This document shows positions 33,883-44,783 of a DNA stretch of 64,000 bases, in pieces; position 1 is the first letter of the stretch, and each line of letters starts with the position of its first letter. Both the position numbers and the translations under genes were made by a program. The notes under the pieces are model-generated. The model was given only the letters and a program-made list of their open reading frames with translations. It was not told where the DNA came from and searched no databases. Location: assembly GCA_023248995.1 (NCBI GenBank), contig JAHFDN010000013.1, forward strand, positions 194 to 64,193, given 5' to 3'. This DNA comes from Candidatus Rokuibacteriota bacterium (GTDB lineage: Bacteria > Methylomirabilota > Methylomirabilia > Rokubacteriales > CSP1-6).

Positions 33883-34566
33883 ATGGAGACGGAGGCGCTG
33901 GCCGAAGCCCTCCGCTCTCTCGCCGAGTCGCTTCGCTTCTACCAGGCCATGGGGGTGACCGATCTCCCCCTCGGCCGCGACTACCTGCCCGGCCCCGAGG
34001 GGGCGCTCCAGCGCCAGGAAGAGAACCTCCAGGGCTGCCCGCGATGCAAGCTCTCTCGGGGCCGCACCACCATCGTCTTCGGCACGGGCAACCCGCGGGC
34101 CGGGCTCATGTGCATCGGCGAGGCGCCGGGGGCGGACGAGGACGTCCAGGGCAAGCCGTTCGTCGGGCGGGCCGGACAGCTCCTCACCAAGATGCTCCAA
34201 TCGGTCGGGTTCGATCGCGACCGGGACTGCTATATCACGAACATCGTCAAGTGCCGGCCGCCGGCAAACAGGAATCCCGAGTCGGACGAGATCGCCGCGT
34301 GCGAGCCGTTCCTCCTGGCGCAGCTCGCGACGATCCAGCCCAGGGTGGTCCTGGCGCTCGGGAGCTTCGCCGCGCAAGCGCTGCTCCGAACCAAGGAGCC
34401 CATCGGCAAGCTCAGGGGGCGCGTGTACCCGTATCACTCCATGGTCCTGATCCCGACCTTTCATCCGGCCTTCCTCCTGCGCAACCCGGGCCAGGAATTC
34501 CGGCGCCTGGCCTGGGAGGACCTGAAACTCGCGCGGCGCGAGTACGAGCGGCTCCCTTCCCGATGA
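33883..34566 (+). CDS. Uracil-DNA glycosylase family 4 (Fe-S)
   Basis: CPRCKL, GEAPGADED, PFVGRAG, VKCRPP, TFHPAFLLR. Confidence 0.92.
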   Translation: METEALAEALRSLAESLRFYQAMGVTDLPLGRDYLPGPEGALQRQEENLQGCPRCKLSRGRTTIVFGTGNPRAGLMCIGEAPGADEDVQGKPFVGRAGQLLTKMLQSVGFDRDRDCYITNIVKCRPPANRNPESDEIAACEPFLLAQLATIQPRVVLALGSFAAQALLRTKEPIGKLRGRVYPYHSMVLIPTFHPAFLLRNPGQEFRRLAWEDLKLARREYERLPSR

Positions 34567-36392
34567 TCGTTGACGTCGTCTTCGACCTCCCGCTCCCCCA
34601 CCCCTTTTCGTACCGCGTCCCCCCCAACCTCGCCGTGTCGCCCGGCCAGCGCGTGCGCGCGCCGCTCGGGAGCCAGACGCGCGTGGGACTCGTGGTGGCG
34701 GCGCGGGAGGGCGAGGAGCGCGCGCTCAAAGCGATCGCGGATGTCATCGAGTCGGGACCAATCTTCTCAGGCGCCCAGTTGGAGCTCACGCGCTGGATCG
34801 CCGCCGAAAGCCTGTCGAGCTGGGGGTCCACGGCGTCGGCGCTTTTGCCGCCGGCGCCCCGGGCCCCTGCCGAGGTCGCCGCGCCGCCTCCCGACCAGGC
34901 GGGACGGGCCGCCGAGCAACCCGAACTGTTCACCGGGGGGGACCGGGAGCTCCGCCTCCTCAGGCGGCTTCAGGAGGAGGTGGAAGCCCGGCACCTGCTC
35001 GTCGTGGCACCCGAGATCGACCAGGCCCGCGCGTGGGCGGATCGGCTGCGCGCGGCACTCCGGGTATCAGTCGTGAGGCTCGACAGCGGCATGCCCGACC
35101 TGGACCGGTGGAAGGCCTGGATGGCGCTGGCCCGCGGCACGGCCCAGGGCGGCGTCGGCACCCGCGGAGCGCTCCTGGCGCCGGCCGCGGCCCCCGCCAC
35201 GCTCGTGCTTCTCGACGAGCACGATCCGGCCCACAAACCCCCCGGCCCGCCGAGGATCCACTCCCGCGAGATCATGCGGGAGCGCGCCAGACGCGAAGGG
35301 AGCACGCTCTACCTGACCTCGGCCACGCCGAGCGTGGAGAGCTGGTGGCGCGCGGAAGAAGGGGAGATCCGCCGCGCCGCGGACGGTCCCTCGCCCTGGC
35401 CGTCCGTGTCGGTCGTGGACGCGCGGGGAATGCTCCGAGGAGAGCCGCTCTCGCCGGTGCTCCGCGACGCGATGAGGGAAACGCTCGCGGCCGGTGGACG
35501 GGTCCTCCTCCTCGTGACTCGCGTCGGCTCGGCCATGGCCTGCGGCGAATGCGGCTTCGTCGTCCGCTGTCCCGACTGTGCGATCGCGATGGCCTTCTCC
35601 CGGGCGCGCCAGGAGCTGGCGTGCCGGCTCTGCCGTCGCCGTCATGCCGCCCCCGACGCCTGCCCTAACTGCCGGGGCCGGCAGCTCACGCCGCTCGGTT
35701 GGGGGACCGAGCGCGTCGAGCAGGTGGTGAGGGCCCAGTTCAGGCGCTGGAGCGTCGCTCGGCACGATGCCGACTCGCGCCGTGGCCGGGGTGTGGCGTC
35801 CGCCTCCGGGGAAGGCGGAGCCCGGGTGGTGATCGGCACACGCGGCGCCCTCAAGGCGTTCGTCCCGCGTGGGCCCTCCCTCGTGGGGTTCATCACCCCC
35901 GATCCCCTCCTCAATCTTCCGGACCTCAGAGCCGGTGAGCGGGCTTTTTCCTTCCTCTGGGCGGCCGCGGAGCGGGTGGCCGAGGGGGGCAGAGTCGTCA
36001 TCCAGACCCAGCATCCCGGCCACTACGCCGTCCGCGCGGTGGCCGACCAGGACCTGGCGGCCTTCTACAAGCCCGAGCTCCGGTTCCGGGCGGAGCTGGG
36101 CTACCCGCCCTTCCGGCGCCTGGCTCTCGTCACGGTCAAGAGCCGCACCGAGGGGACGGCGGGCGGGCTGGCGGAGTCCCTCTGTCGGGACTTCCGTGCG
36201 CTTGGCGGCGTGACGGTCTATCCTCCCGCGCCCGTCGGCCGTTCGCCTCGGGCGCTCCGATGGCAGATCGTCCTAAAGGGAGGAAAGGATCTCCCGGCGC
36301 GGCTTGCCCCCGCGCTCGCGCCCCTGGCGGAACGCCGGCGCGGCCGACGCGGTATGATAGAGATCGAGATGGACCCGATCGAGTTCATCTGA
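34563..36392 (+). CDS. priA: Primosomal protein PriA, helicase motifs degenerate
   Basis: N-terminal FSYRVP..GQRVRAPLG, SATPSVES, four CxxC pairs, GWGTERVE, YPPF; no Walker A. Confidence 0.85.
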   Translation: MIVDVVFDLPLPHPFSYRVPPNLAVSPGQRVRAPLGSQTRVGLVVAAREGEERALKAIADVIESGPIFSGAQLELTRWIAAESLSSWGSTASALLPPAPRAPAEVAAPPPDQAGRAAEQPELFTGGDRELRLLRRLQEEVEARHLLVVAPEIDQARAWADRLRAALRVSVVRLDSGMPDLDRWKAWMALARGTAQGGVGTRGALLAPAAAPATLVLLDEHDPAHKPPGPPRIHSREIMRERARREGSTLYLTSATPSVESWWRAEEGEIRRAADGPSPWPSVSVVDARGMLRGEPLSPVLRDAMRETLAAGGRVLLLVTRVGSAMACGECGFVVRCPDCAIAMAFSRARQELACRLCRRRHAAPDACPNCRGRQLTPLGWGTERVEQVVRAQFRRWSVARHDADSRRGRGVASASGEGGARVVIGTRGALKAFVPRGPSLVGFITPDPLLNLPDLRAGERAFSFLWAAAERVAEGGRVVIQTQHPGHYAVRAVADQDLAAFYKPELRFRAELGYPPFRRLALVTVKSRTEGTAGGLAESLCRDFRALGGVTVYPPAPVGRSPRALRWQIVLKGGKDLPARLAPALAPLAERRRGRRGMIEIEMDPIEFI

Positions 36393-36411
36393 GGAAGGAG
36401 AGCCTGACCCC

Positions 36412-36933
36412 GTGGTCCTGAAGGTCCGGCGGTACGGCGACCCGATTCTGAGGCGGAAGGCTGCGCCCGTCGCCGCCGTCACGCCCGAGATCAAGGGCCT
36501 CATCGCCGACCTGGTCGAGACCATGTACGATCAGGTCGGCCTCGGCCTCGCCGCGCCCCAGGTCGGCATCCCGCTCCGGGTGATCGTCGTGGATGACGAC
36601 AAGGGAGGCGGGGCACGGCCCCTCATCAACCCCGCCATCAGCGCACGCGTCGGCAGCGTGGTGGGCGAGGAGGGGTGCCTCTCCCTCCCGGGAGTCTTCG
36701 CCCCCGTCGAGCGCGCCCTATGGGTTGAAGTCCGAGCGCTCGACGGCGACGGCCTGCCGCTCGCGCTCGAGGCGCGCGGGATCTTAGCTCGGGTCATCCA
36801 GCACGAGATCGACCACCTCGACGGGATCCTCTTCATCGACCACCTCGACACCGTGAGTCGAGACCGGATCAAGCGGAAGATCAAGAAGGAAGGGCTTCCC
36901 GACGAGGCCCCCCACTCGGCCTTCGCCCTCTGA
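36412..36933 (+). CDS. def: Peptide deformylase
   Basis: GLGLAAPQVG, EGCLS, QHEIDHLDG. Confidence 0.97.
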   Translation: MVLKVRRYGDPILRRKAAPVAAVTPEIKGLIADLVETMYDQVGLGLAAPQVGIPLRVIVVDDDKGGGARPLINPAISARVGSVVGEEGCLSLPGVFAPVERALWVEVRALDGDGLPLALEARGILARVIQHEIDHLDGILFIDHLDTVSRDRIKRKIKKEGLPDEAPHSAFAL

Positions 36934-36937
36934 TCTC

Positions 36938-36966
36938 CTCGGAGGGGGGCTTGGCCCCCCTTCCGA
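36938..36966 (-). repeat. Short repeat copy D (outer stem only) between def and fmt
   Basis: Reverse complement TCGGAAGGGGGG-ccaag-CCCCCCTCCGAG equals the outer stem of copies A/B without the inner hairpin. Confidence 0.7.
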
Positions 36967-36978
36967 CGCCCCGCGGCC

Positions 36979-37920
36979 ATGAAAATTTTGTTCTACGGGA
37001 CCCCGGAGTTCGCCGTCCCGACCCTCGAGGCACTCCTCGAGCGGCACCAGGTGGTCGGCGTGATCACGCAGCCCGATCGACCCGCCGGCCGAGGGCAGCG
37101 CCTCACGGCCAGGCCGGTGAAGCGGCGCGCCGAGGCCGCCGGGCTCCCCATCCTCCAGCCGGCGCGGCTCACGGAGTCGCAATGGCCCGAGAGGCTCCGC
37201 GCGCTCGGCGCCGACGTCGCCGTCGTCGTCGCGTTCGGCCAGCTCCTCCCGAAAGCGGTGCTGGACGTGCCGCCCCGCGGCTCCATCAACGTCCACGCCT
37301 CCCTCCTGCCGCGCTACCGGGGCGCCGCCCCCATCGCGTGGGCGCTCATCCGGGGCGAGACCGAAACCGGCGTCACGACCTTTCTGATGGACGAGGGGAT
37401 GGACACCGGGGCGATCCTCCTCCAGGAGCGCGCGCCGATTGACCCTGAGGAGACCGCGGAGGAGTTGGCGGCGCGGCTCTCGCGCCTCGGAGCCGGGCTG
37501 CTCCTTCGGACGCTGGAGCAACTGGATACGCTGACGCCGGTCCGCCAGCGCCACGAGCTGGCCACCTCGGCCCCCCGCCTCAGGAAGGAAGACGGGATGC
37601 TCGACTGGAGCGAGCCCGCGCGCGCCTTGGTCAACCGGGTTCGAGGGTGCACGCCGTGGCCGGGCGCCACCACCGAAACTTCGCGCGGCAGGCTCCGGAT
37701 CTGGCGTGCGGCCGCGCTCGACGAAGCCTCGACCTCCGGGCCCGGAGAGATCGTGAAGAGCGCGAGCGGAGCCCTCGCCGTGGCGACGGGGGCCGGCCTG
37801 TTCCTCCCGCGGCTGGTCCAGCCCGAGAGCCGTCGGATCATCGCCTGGCACGATTTCCTCCTGGGCGCCCGAATCGGCCCCGGCGACCGCTTCGGCGCGC
37901 CCCGTCGCGCCACGGCATGA
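36979..37920 (+). CDS. fmt: Methionyl-tRNA formyltransferase
   Basis: FYGTPEFA, TQPDRPAGRG, INVHASLLPRYRGAAPI. Confidence 0.96.
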   Translation: MKILFYGTPEFAVPTLEALLERHQVVGVITQPDRPAGRGQRLTARPVKRRAEAAGLPILQPARLTESQWPERLRALGADVAVVVAFGQLLPKAVLDVPPRGSINVHASLLPRYRGAAPIAWALIRGETETGVTTFLMDEGMDTGAILLQERAPIDPEETAEELAARLSRLGAGLLLRTLEQLDTLTPVRQRHELATSAPRLRKEDGMLDWSEPARALVNRVRGCTPWPGATTETSRGRLRIWRAAALDEASTSGPGEIVKSASGALAVATGAGLFLPRLVQPESRRIIAWHDFLLGARIGPGDRFGAPRRATA

Positions 37921-39281
37921 CGGCGCGCCCGCTGCCGGCCCCGCGCGCCGGGGCGTCTCCGGCCCGGGTCGAGGCCCTCCGAACCCTCTGCCGCGTAGAG
38001 GAGGACCGGGCGTTCGCCGATCTCGCCCTCGAGGCGGCGATCGAGCGCGCCAAGCTCTCCCCGCGCGACCGCGCTCTCACCACCGAGCTGGTTTACGGGA
38101 CCCTCCGCTGGCAGCGACGCCTGGACTGGATCCTCGCCCCTCACTCGCGGCGGCGCCTCGAGCGGCTCGATCCCTGGGTGAGGAATCTCCTCCGCCTCAC
38201 CGTCTACCAGCTCCAGTTCCTCGACAAGGTCCCGGCGTGGGCCGCAGTGAATGACGCCGTGAGCCTGGCCAAGCGGCGCGCTCACGGCGAGGCGGCCCCG
38301 TTCGTCAACGCCGTCCTCCGGTCGTTCACCCGCGGCGGGGGAGGGTTGCCTCTTCTCCCCGACGACCCCGTGGAGGCCATGGCCACGCGGCTCGCGTTTC
38401 CGTCCTGGCTGGCCCGTCGCTGGGCGCAGCAATTCGGCCTGGACGGGGCGGAACGGCTGATGACGGCGCTCGACGAGCGGCCGAAGGCTACCGTCCGGGC
38501 GAACCTCCTCAAGTGCTCACAGGCCCAACTCGCCCAGCGGCTCAAGGAGGAAGAGGAGGTGGCGTGCTCGGCCACAACCTTCGCCCCCGAGGGGCTGGCG
38601 CTCGAGAGCCCGGGGCCCGCGGCCAGGTTCAAGGTCTTCAAAGAGGGGTGGTTCACCCTCCAGGACGAGGCCTCCATCCTGGTCGGCCACCTCCTGGGAC
38701 CGAAGCCCGGCGAGACCGTCGCCGACGTCTGCGCGGCACCGGGGACCAAGACCACGCACCTGGCGGCGCTCATGCAGAACTCGGGGAAAGTCGTCGCGAT
38801 GGACCCCCACGCCGCCCGTCTCAAGCTGGTCTCTCAGTCAGCAGCGCGGCTGGGAGTCAAGATCGTGGAATGCCACCGCGGGAGCGCCGAGGCCCTCGCG
38901 CCCCGGTTCACTGATCGCTTCGACCGGGTGCTGGTGGACGCCCCGTGCTCGAACCTCGGCGTTCTGCGCCGGAACCCCGACGTGAAATGGCGGCGCGCCC
39001 TGGCCGACCTCCCCCGCCTCGCCCTGCGCCAGCGACAGATCCTCGACGCCGCGGCTTCCATGTGCCGGCCGGGAGGCGTCCTCGTCTACGCCACCTGCTC
39101 GCTGGAGCCCGAGGAGAACGAGGGAGTGGTCCTTCCGTTCCTCGACACCCACCCCGAGTGGCGGCTCGAGCCCCCGGCGGACTTTCCGATTCCCCTGGAG
39201 CCGCCCGCCGTGCTACGCTGCCTCCCGCACCGGCACGGCACCGACGGCTTCACCGCCTTCCGGCTGCAGAAAAGTAAATGA
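37917..39281 (+). CDS. rsmB: 16S rRNA m5C967 methyltransferase
   Basis: NusB-like N-terminus; QDEAS, DVCAAPGTKT, DAPCS, YATCS. Confidence 0.94.
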   Translation: MTARPLPAPRAGASPARVEALRTLCRVEEDRAFADLALEAAIERAKLSPRDRALTTELVYGTLRWQRRLDWILAPHSRRRLERLDPWVRNLLRLTVYQLQFLDKVPAWAAVNDAVSLAKRRAHGEAAPFVNAVLRSFTRGGGGLPLLPDDPVEAMATRLAFPSWLARRWAQQFGLDGAERLMTALDERPKATVRANLLKCSQAQLAQRLKEEEEVACSATTFAPEGLALESPGPAARFKVFKEGWFTLQDEASILVGHLLGPKPGETVADVCAAPGTKTTHLAALMQNSGKVVAMDPHAARLKLVSQSAARLGVKIVECHRGSAEALAPRFTDRFDRVLVDAPCSNLGVLRRNPDVKWRRALADLPRLALRQRQILDAAASMCRPGGVLVYATCSLEPEENEGVVLPFLDTHPEWRLEPPADFPIPLEPPAVLRCLPHRHGTDGFTAFRLQKSK

Positions 39282-39934
39282 TCAAGATTGCGCCGTCCAT
39301 CCTTTCGGCGGACTTCGCCGCCCTCGGGGAGGAGATCGCCCGGGTGGAGGCGGCCGGCGCCGACCAGCTCCACGTGGACGTGATGGACGGCCACTTCGTC
39401 CCGAACCTGACCATCGGGCCGCTCGTCGTCGAGGCGATCCGCAAGCACACCCGGCTGCCGCTGGACGTCCACCTGATGATCGAGGCTCCCGAGCGCTACC
39501 TGCCGGCCTTCAGGTCGGCGGGCGCGGATCTCCTCACGGTCCACGCCGAGGCATGCCCGCACCTTCACCGGACGCTCCATCAGATCAAAGAGCTCGGGGC
39601 CAAGGCAGGGGTCGCCTTGAATCCCTCGACGCCGCCCGGCGCGCTCGAATCCGTCCTCGATTCCGTGGATCTGGTGCTGGTGATGTCCGTGAACCCGGGC
39701 TTCGGCGGGCAGGCCTTCATCCCCGCCACGTACGTGAAGGTCCGGCAGACGCGGACGCTCCTGGGAAGCCGCCCCGTGGACGTGTCGGTGGACGGCGGGG
39801 TGAAGCTCGAGCACGCCCGGCCCCTGGTGGCCCACGGGGCGACGGTGCTCGTGGCGGGGTCCCTGATCTTCGGCTCCCCGGACCCCGGCGCCGCGGTCAA
39901 GCGGCTCAGGGATGCTGCGGAAGTATCGAAGTAG
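39278..39934 (+). CDS. rpe: Ribulose-phosphate 3-epimerase
   Basis: IAPSILSADF, HVDVMDGHFVPNLT, MSVNPGFGGQ, VDGG. Confidence 0.97.
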   Translation: MIKIAPSILSADFAALGEEIARVEAAGADQLHVDVMDGHFVPNLTIGPLVVEAIRKHTRLPLDVHLMIEAPERYLPAFRSAGADLLTVHAEACPHLHRTLHQIKELGAKAGVALNPSTPPGALESVLDSVDLVLVMSVNPGFGGQAFIPATYVKVRQTRTLLGSRPVDVSVDGGVKLEHARPLVAHGATVLVAGSLIFGSPDPGAAVKRLRDAAEVSK

Positions 39935-39936
39935 CC

Positions 39937-39965
39937 TTGACTTTTTCCCCTTCCTCCCGTAGAGT
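39937..39965 (+). promoter_or_regulatory. Sigma-70 promoter for the ffh-rpsP operon
   Basis: TTGACT-17 bp-TAGAGT. Confidence 0.7.
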
Positions 39966-40001
39966 TTAATCTTTCCGAGCGACATCCAGCGACGTCAGGC
40001 C

Positions 40002-41345
<1,344 letters not shown>

Positions 41346-41357
41346 GGAGGTGACAGG

Positions 41358-41606
41358 GTGGCAGTCCACATCAGGCTGAGACGCGCAGGGAAGACGAAGA
41401 AGCCCGCGTACCGTGTCGTGGTGGCGGATTCCCGGGCGCCGCGAGACGGCCGGTTCATCGAGAGCATCGGCTACTACAACCCGCTGAGCGAACCGCCGAC
41501 GATCCAGATCGACCTGGACAAGGCCGCGGCGTGGCTCAAGAAGGGCGCTCAACCGTCGAACACGGTCCGAGTTCTCCTTGCTCGCGCGGGCGCCAGCAAA
41601 GGTTGA
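41358..41606 (+). CDS. rpsP: 30S ribosomal protein S16
   Basis: IRLRRAG...[24 protein letters not shown]. Confidence 0.97.
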   Translation: MAVHIRLRRAGKTKKPAYRVVVADSRAPRDGRFIESIGYYNPLSEPPTIQIDLDKAAAWLKKGAQPSNTVRVLLARAGASKG

Positions 41607-41609
41607 TCC

Positions 41610-42140
41610 GTGAGTGCGCGGCCACTGGTGGCGCTCGCCCAGGTCGTCAGGCCTCACGGCCGGCGCGGGGAGGTGAAGGCGCGCCTGCTCACGGACGAGC
41701 CGGCCCTGCTGGCAGATCTTGCCGACTGCGCTCTGTGGGACGGCCGGGGCGACACCCCTGAGCCGTGCCGGATCCAGCAGTGCCGCCTCGTGCGGGGCGC
41801 CGCGATCGTCGCGCTCGAGGGGGTGGATTCCATCGAGGCGGCCGAGCGGCTCGTGGGGCGGTTCTTGGCGGTGTCCCAGGAGGCGCTCGCTCCCCTTCCG
41901 GGAGGGATCTTCTACGCGGCCCACCTCGCCGGCGCGCGGGTGGTGACCGAGGAGGGGCTCGAGGTCGGCGTGTTCGTCGGCCTCGAAGAGGCGCCCGGTC
42001 ACGACCTCTGGGTCGTGAAGGCGGGCGGGCGGGAGCACCTCATTCCCGCAGTGGCCGAGATCGTGCGCCGGGTGGACGTGGCGGCGCGCCGGATCACGAT
42101 CCGTCCCCCCGAGGGCCTGCTGGAGCTTTCGAGCCCGTGA
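41610..42140 (+). CDS. rimM: Ribosome maturation factor RimM
   Basis: [27 protein letters not shown]; gene order. Confidence 0.92.
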   Translation: MSARPLVALAQVVRPHGRRGEVKARLLTDEPALLADLADCALWDGRGDTPEPCRIQQCRLVRGAAIVALEGVDSIEAAERLVGRFLAVSQEALAPLPGGIFYAAHLAGARVVTEEGLEVGVFVGLEEAPGHDLWVVKAGGREHLIPAVAEIVRRVDVAARRITIRPPEGLLELSSP

Positions 42141-42874
42141 AGATCGACATCGTGACGCTCTTTCCGGCGATGCTCGCGGGGCCTCTCGGGGAATCGATCC
42201 TGGGTCGCGCCCAGGCCAAGGGGCTCGTGGAAATCCGAGTGGCCGATCTGCGGGAGTGGGCCGAAGGCCGCCATCGCGTGACCGACGATTACCCGTTCGG
42301 CGGCGGGGGAGGGATGGTGCTTAAGCCGGAACCGCTCTTTCGCTGCGTCGAGGCGCTCCGCCGCCCGGGCGCGCGCGTCATTCTCCTCGATCCCCAGGGT
42401 CGCGCCTTCGGTCAGGAGGTGGCGGCCGAGCTGGCAAGGGCGGAGCACCTCATCCTCCTCTGCGGGCGCTACGAAGGCGTGGACGAGCGCGTGCGCGAAC
42501 ACCTGGTGGACGACGAGATCTCCATCGGCGACTACGTCCTGACCGGCGGAGAGCTGCCGGCGCTGGTCGTGACCGACGCGGTCGTGCGGCTCTTGCCCGG
42601 CGCCCTCGGCGACGAGGCGGCGCCGGGGAAAGACTCCTTCGGCAGGGGACTCCTGGAGGGACCGCACTACACGAGACCGGAGGAGTTCCGCGCGTGGCGC
42701 GTTCCGGAGGTCCTGCTCTCCGGCGACCACGCGCGCGTGGCCCGCTGGCGCCGGGCGCAGTCGCTCTGGCGGACCTGGCGGCGCCGGCCCGACCTGCTGG
42801 AGACGGCGGAGTTGACCCCGGAGGAGCAGAAGCTCATCGAGGAGTTCCGCCAGGGCAAGAAACCGGACGCATAA
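42137..42874 (+). CDS. trmD: tRNA (guanine-N1)-methyltransferase
   Basis: [42 protein letters not shown]. Confidence 0.97.
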   Translation: MKIDIVTLFPAMLAGPLGESILGRAQAKGLVEIRVADLREWAEGRHRVTDDYPFGGGGGMVLKPEPLFRCVEALRRPGARVILLDPQGRAFGQEVAAELARAEHLILLCGRYEGVDERVREHLVDDEISIGDYVLTGGELPALVVTDAVVRLLPGALGDEAAPGKDSFGRGLLEGPHYTRPEEFRAWRVPEVLLSGDHARVARWRRAQSLWRTWRRRPDLLETAELTPEEQKLIEEFRQGKKPDA

Positions 42875-42880
42875 ATCTGG

Positions 42881-42931
42881 CCCCTCACCCTGCCCTCTCC
42901 CCCGTTGGGGGAGAGGATAAAAGGTGAGGGG
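42881..42931. repeat. REP-like palindromic element between trmD and rplS
   Basis: CCCCTCACC-..-CCTCTCCCCC-gtt-GGGGGAGAGG-..-GGTGAGGGG nested inverted repeat. Confidence 0.75.
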
Positions 42932-42954
42932 GAACATCGTGGAGAGGCTAAAAG

Positions 42955-43320
42955 ATGGATCTCATCGGCGTCGTCGAAGCGAGTCAGATGAAAAAGGACC
43001 GGGGCGCGTTTGCCCCCGGAGACACGGTCAAGGTCCAGGTCAAAGTCGTAGAGGGTGAAAAGGAGCGCGTCCAGTCTTTCGAAGGCGTGGTGATCCGCAG
43101 GCGCGGCGAGGGGGCGCGCGCCTCGTTCACCGTGCGGAGGATCTCCTACGGTGTCGGCGTGGAGCGGACGTTCCCGCTCCACTCCCCGATGATCGAGCGT
43201 GTCCAGGTCCTTCGCCGGGGGGAGGTCCGTCGCTCGAAGCTCTACTACCTGCGCGCCCTGACGGGCAAGGCGGCGCGCCTCAAGGAAAAGCGAACGGTCA
43301 TTCCCACCAGCGGCGAGTAG
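42955..43320 (+). CDS. rplS: 50S ribosomal protein L19
   Basis: [37 protein letters not shown]. Confidence 0.97.
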   Translation: MDLIGVVEASQMKKDRGAFAPGDTVKVQVKVVEGEKERVQSFEGVVIRRRGEGARASFTVRRISYGVGVERTFPLHSPMIERVQVLRRGEVRRSKLYYLRALTGKAARLKEKRTVIPTSGE

Positions 43321-43341
43321 CGGAGCCGGAGCCCGGGCGAG

Positions 43342-43965
43342 ATGGGCGCGCCGTACCGGTACGAGCGGGCGGCGTGGCGCTCGGGCTTCCTGCGCGTGGC
43401 GGGAGTGGACGAGGCCGGCCGGGGCCCGCTGGCGGGTCCCGTCGTGGCCGCCGCGGTCGTCCTGGCGCCGGACCGCCCTATCCCGGGTCTCCAGGACTCC
43501 AAGCTCCTGACGGCGGCTCGGCGAGAGTTCCTCTTCGACCGGATCCTCGAGGAGGCCGCGGCGGTGGGGATCGGCATGGTGGACCCCGAGACCATTGACC
43601 GCGTGAACATCCTGGAGGCCACCCGTCTGGCGATGCTGGCGGCGCTCGACAAGCTCGCCCCCCGCCCCGACCTGGTTCTCGTGGACGCGCTGAGACTCTC
43701 CGCCCTGCCATGCCCCCAGACGTCGCTCGTCCGCGGCGACCGCCGCTCGGCCTCCATCGCGGCAGCCTCCATCGTCGCCAAGGTGACCCGGGACCGGCTG
43801 ATGCTCGAGGCCGAAGCGCGCTTCCCGGAGTACGGCTTCGGCCGGCACAAGGGCTATCCCACCCCCGAGCACCTGGCCGCCCTCCGGCGCCACGGTCCGT
43901 GCCCGATCCATCGCCGGACGTTCCACGGCGTCTGGCGGCAAGACGACCTGTTCGCCAGCTCCTAG
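43342..43965 (+). CDS. rnhB: Ribonuclease HII
   Basis: GVDEAGRGPLAGPV, DSK, IAAASIVAKVTRD, HKGYPT. Confidence 0.96.
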   Translation: MGAPYRYERAAWRSGFLRVAGVDEAGRGPLAGPVVAAAVVLAPDRPIPGLQDSKLLTAARREFLFDRILEEAAAVGIGMVDPETIDRVNILEATRLAMLAALDKLAPRPDLVLVDALRLSALPCPQTSLVRGDRRSASIAAASIVAKVTRDRLMLEAEARFPEYGFGRHKGYPTPEHLAALRRHGPCPIHRRTFHGVWRQDDLFASS

Positions 43966-43976
43966 CGCCCCGAGTC

Positions 43977-44345
43977 ATGGATCCGCGCCGGTCCGTCGGC
44001 AGACGCGGCGAGGAGGAGGCGGCGCGATTCCTCGGCAAGCGGGGCTTTGCCATCCTCGACAGGAACGTCCGATCCCGGCTCGGCGAAATTGATCTGGTGG
44101 CGCGCGAGGGCCAGACGCTCGTCTTCGTCGAGGTCAAGACGCGGCGGGAAGAGGATTCGCCGGAGGCCTCGGTGACGCCCCAGAAGCAGCGCCGCCTGGG
44201 GCGCCTGGCGCAACACTACCTCAAGTGGAAGCGCCTCGGGGAGGTCCGATGCCGCTTCGACGTGGTCGCCGTCACGCTGGACGCGCAAGAGCGGGTGAAA
44301 GCCATCCGCCACCTCCCCGGCGCGTTCGACGTGGACCCCTGGTAG
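43977..44345 (+). CDS. yraN: YraN (UPF0102) family protein
   Basis: GEEEAARFL, GEIDLVA, LVFVEVKTR, RFDVV. Confidence 0.92.
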   Translation: MDPRRSVGRRGEEEAARFLGKRGFAILDRNVRSRLGEIDLVAREGQTLVFVEVKTRREEDSPEASVTPQKQRRLGRLAQHYLKWKRLGEVRCRFDVVAVTLDAQERVKAIRHLPGAFDVDPW

Positions 44346-44362
44346 GCCGGCCCCGGCGAGCG

Positions 44363-44731
44363 TCAGCTGCGCGTGATGACGACGATCCGCCCCCGGTCAC
44401 TCAGAAAGGCGGTCAGGAGCCAGCTCACGACGCTCACGATCAAGGCCCCGAAGATCGCCGCCCAGAAGCCGTGGATCTCGAACCCTTTCACGAGCGTCGA
44501 GGTCAGCCAGAGGCACAGGCCGTTCAGGACGAAGAGGAAGAGACCCAAGCTCACGAGCGTCAGCGGGAGAGTCAGGATCAGGAGCACCGGGCGGACGATG
44601 GCGTTGACGACGCCGAGGACGAGGCCGGCCCCGAGCGCCGCGAGGACGCCGCGGATTTCGATCCCCGGCACGATGGCAGCGGCGAAGACGATCGCCAAGG
44701 CGTTGACGAACACCCGGACGACAAAGCCCAT
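44363..44731 (-). CDS. 4-TM phage-holin-like (YvlD) membrane protein
   Basis: NAIVRPVLLILTLPLTLVSLGLFLFVLN, FWAAIFGALIVS. Confidence 0.85.
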   Translation of the reverse strand: MGFVVRVFVNALAIVFAAAIVPGIEIRGVLAALGAGLVLGVVNAIVRPVLLILTLPLTLVSLGLFLFVLNGLCLWLTSTLVKGFEIHGFWAAIFGALIVSVVSWLLTAFLSDRGRIVVITRS

Positions 44732-44748
44732 GGGCGTACTGTACACCC

Positions 44749-44777
44749 TTGACGCCCCCTCCTGCCCGTCATAGGTT
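44749..44777 (+). promoter_or_regulatory. Sigma-70 promoter of the NRAMP-like gene, probably leaderless
   Basis: TTGACG-17 bp-TAGGTT; ATG 6 nt after the -10; no SD. Confidence 0.6.
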
Positions 44778-44783
44778 TATCAC

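Noticed and set aside
44363..44731. Holin-family gene as evidence of a prophage
   Set aside because: YvlD-like 4-TM proteins are common chromosomal genes; no integrase, capsid, terminase or lysin is nearby.
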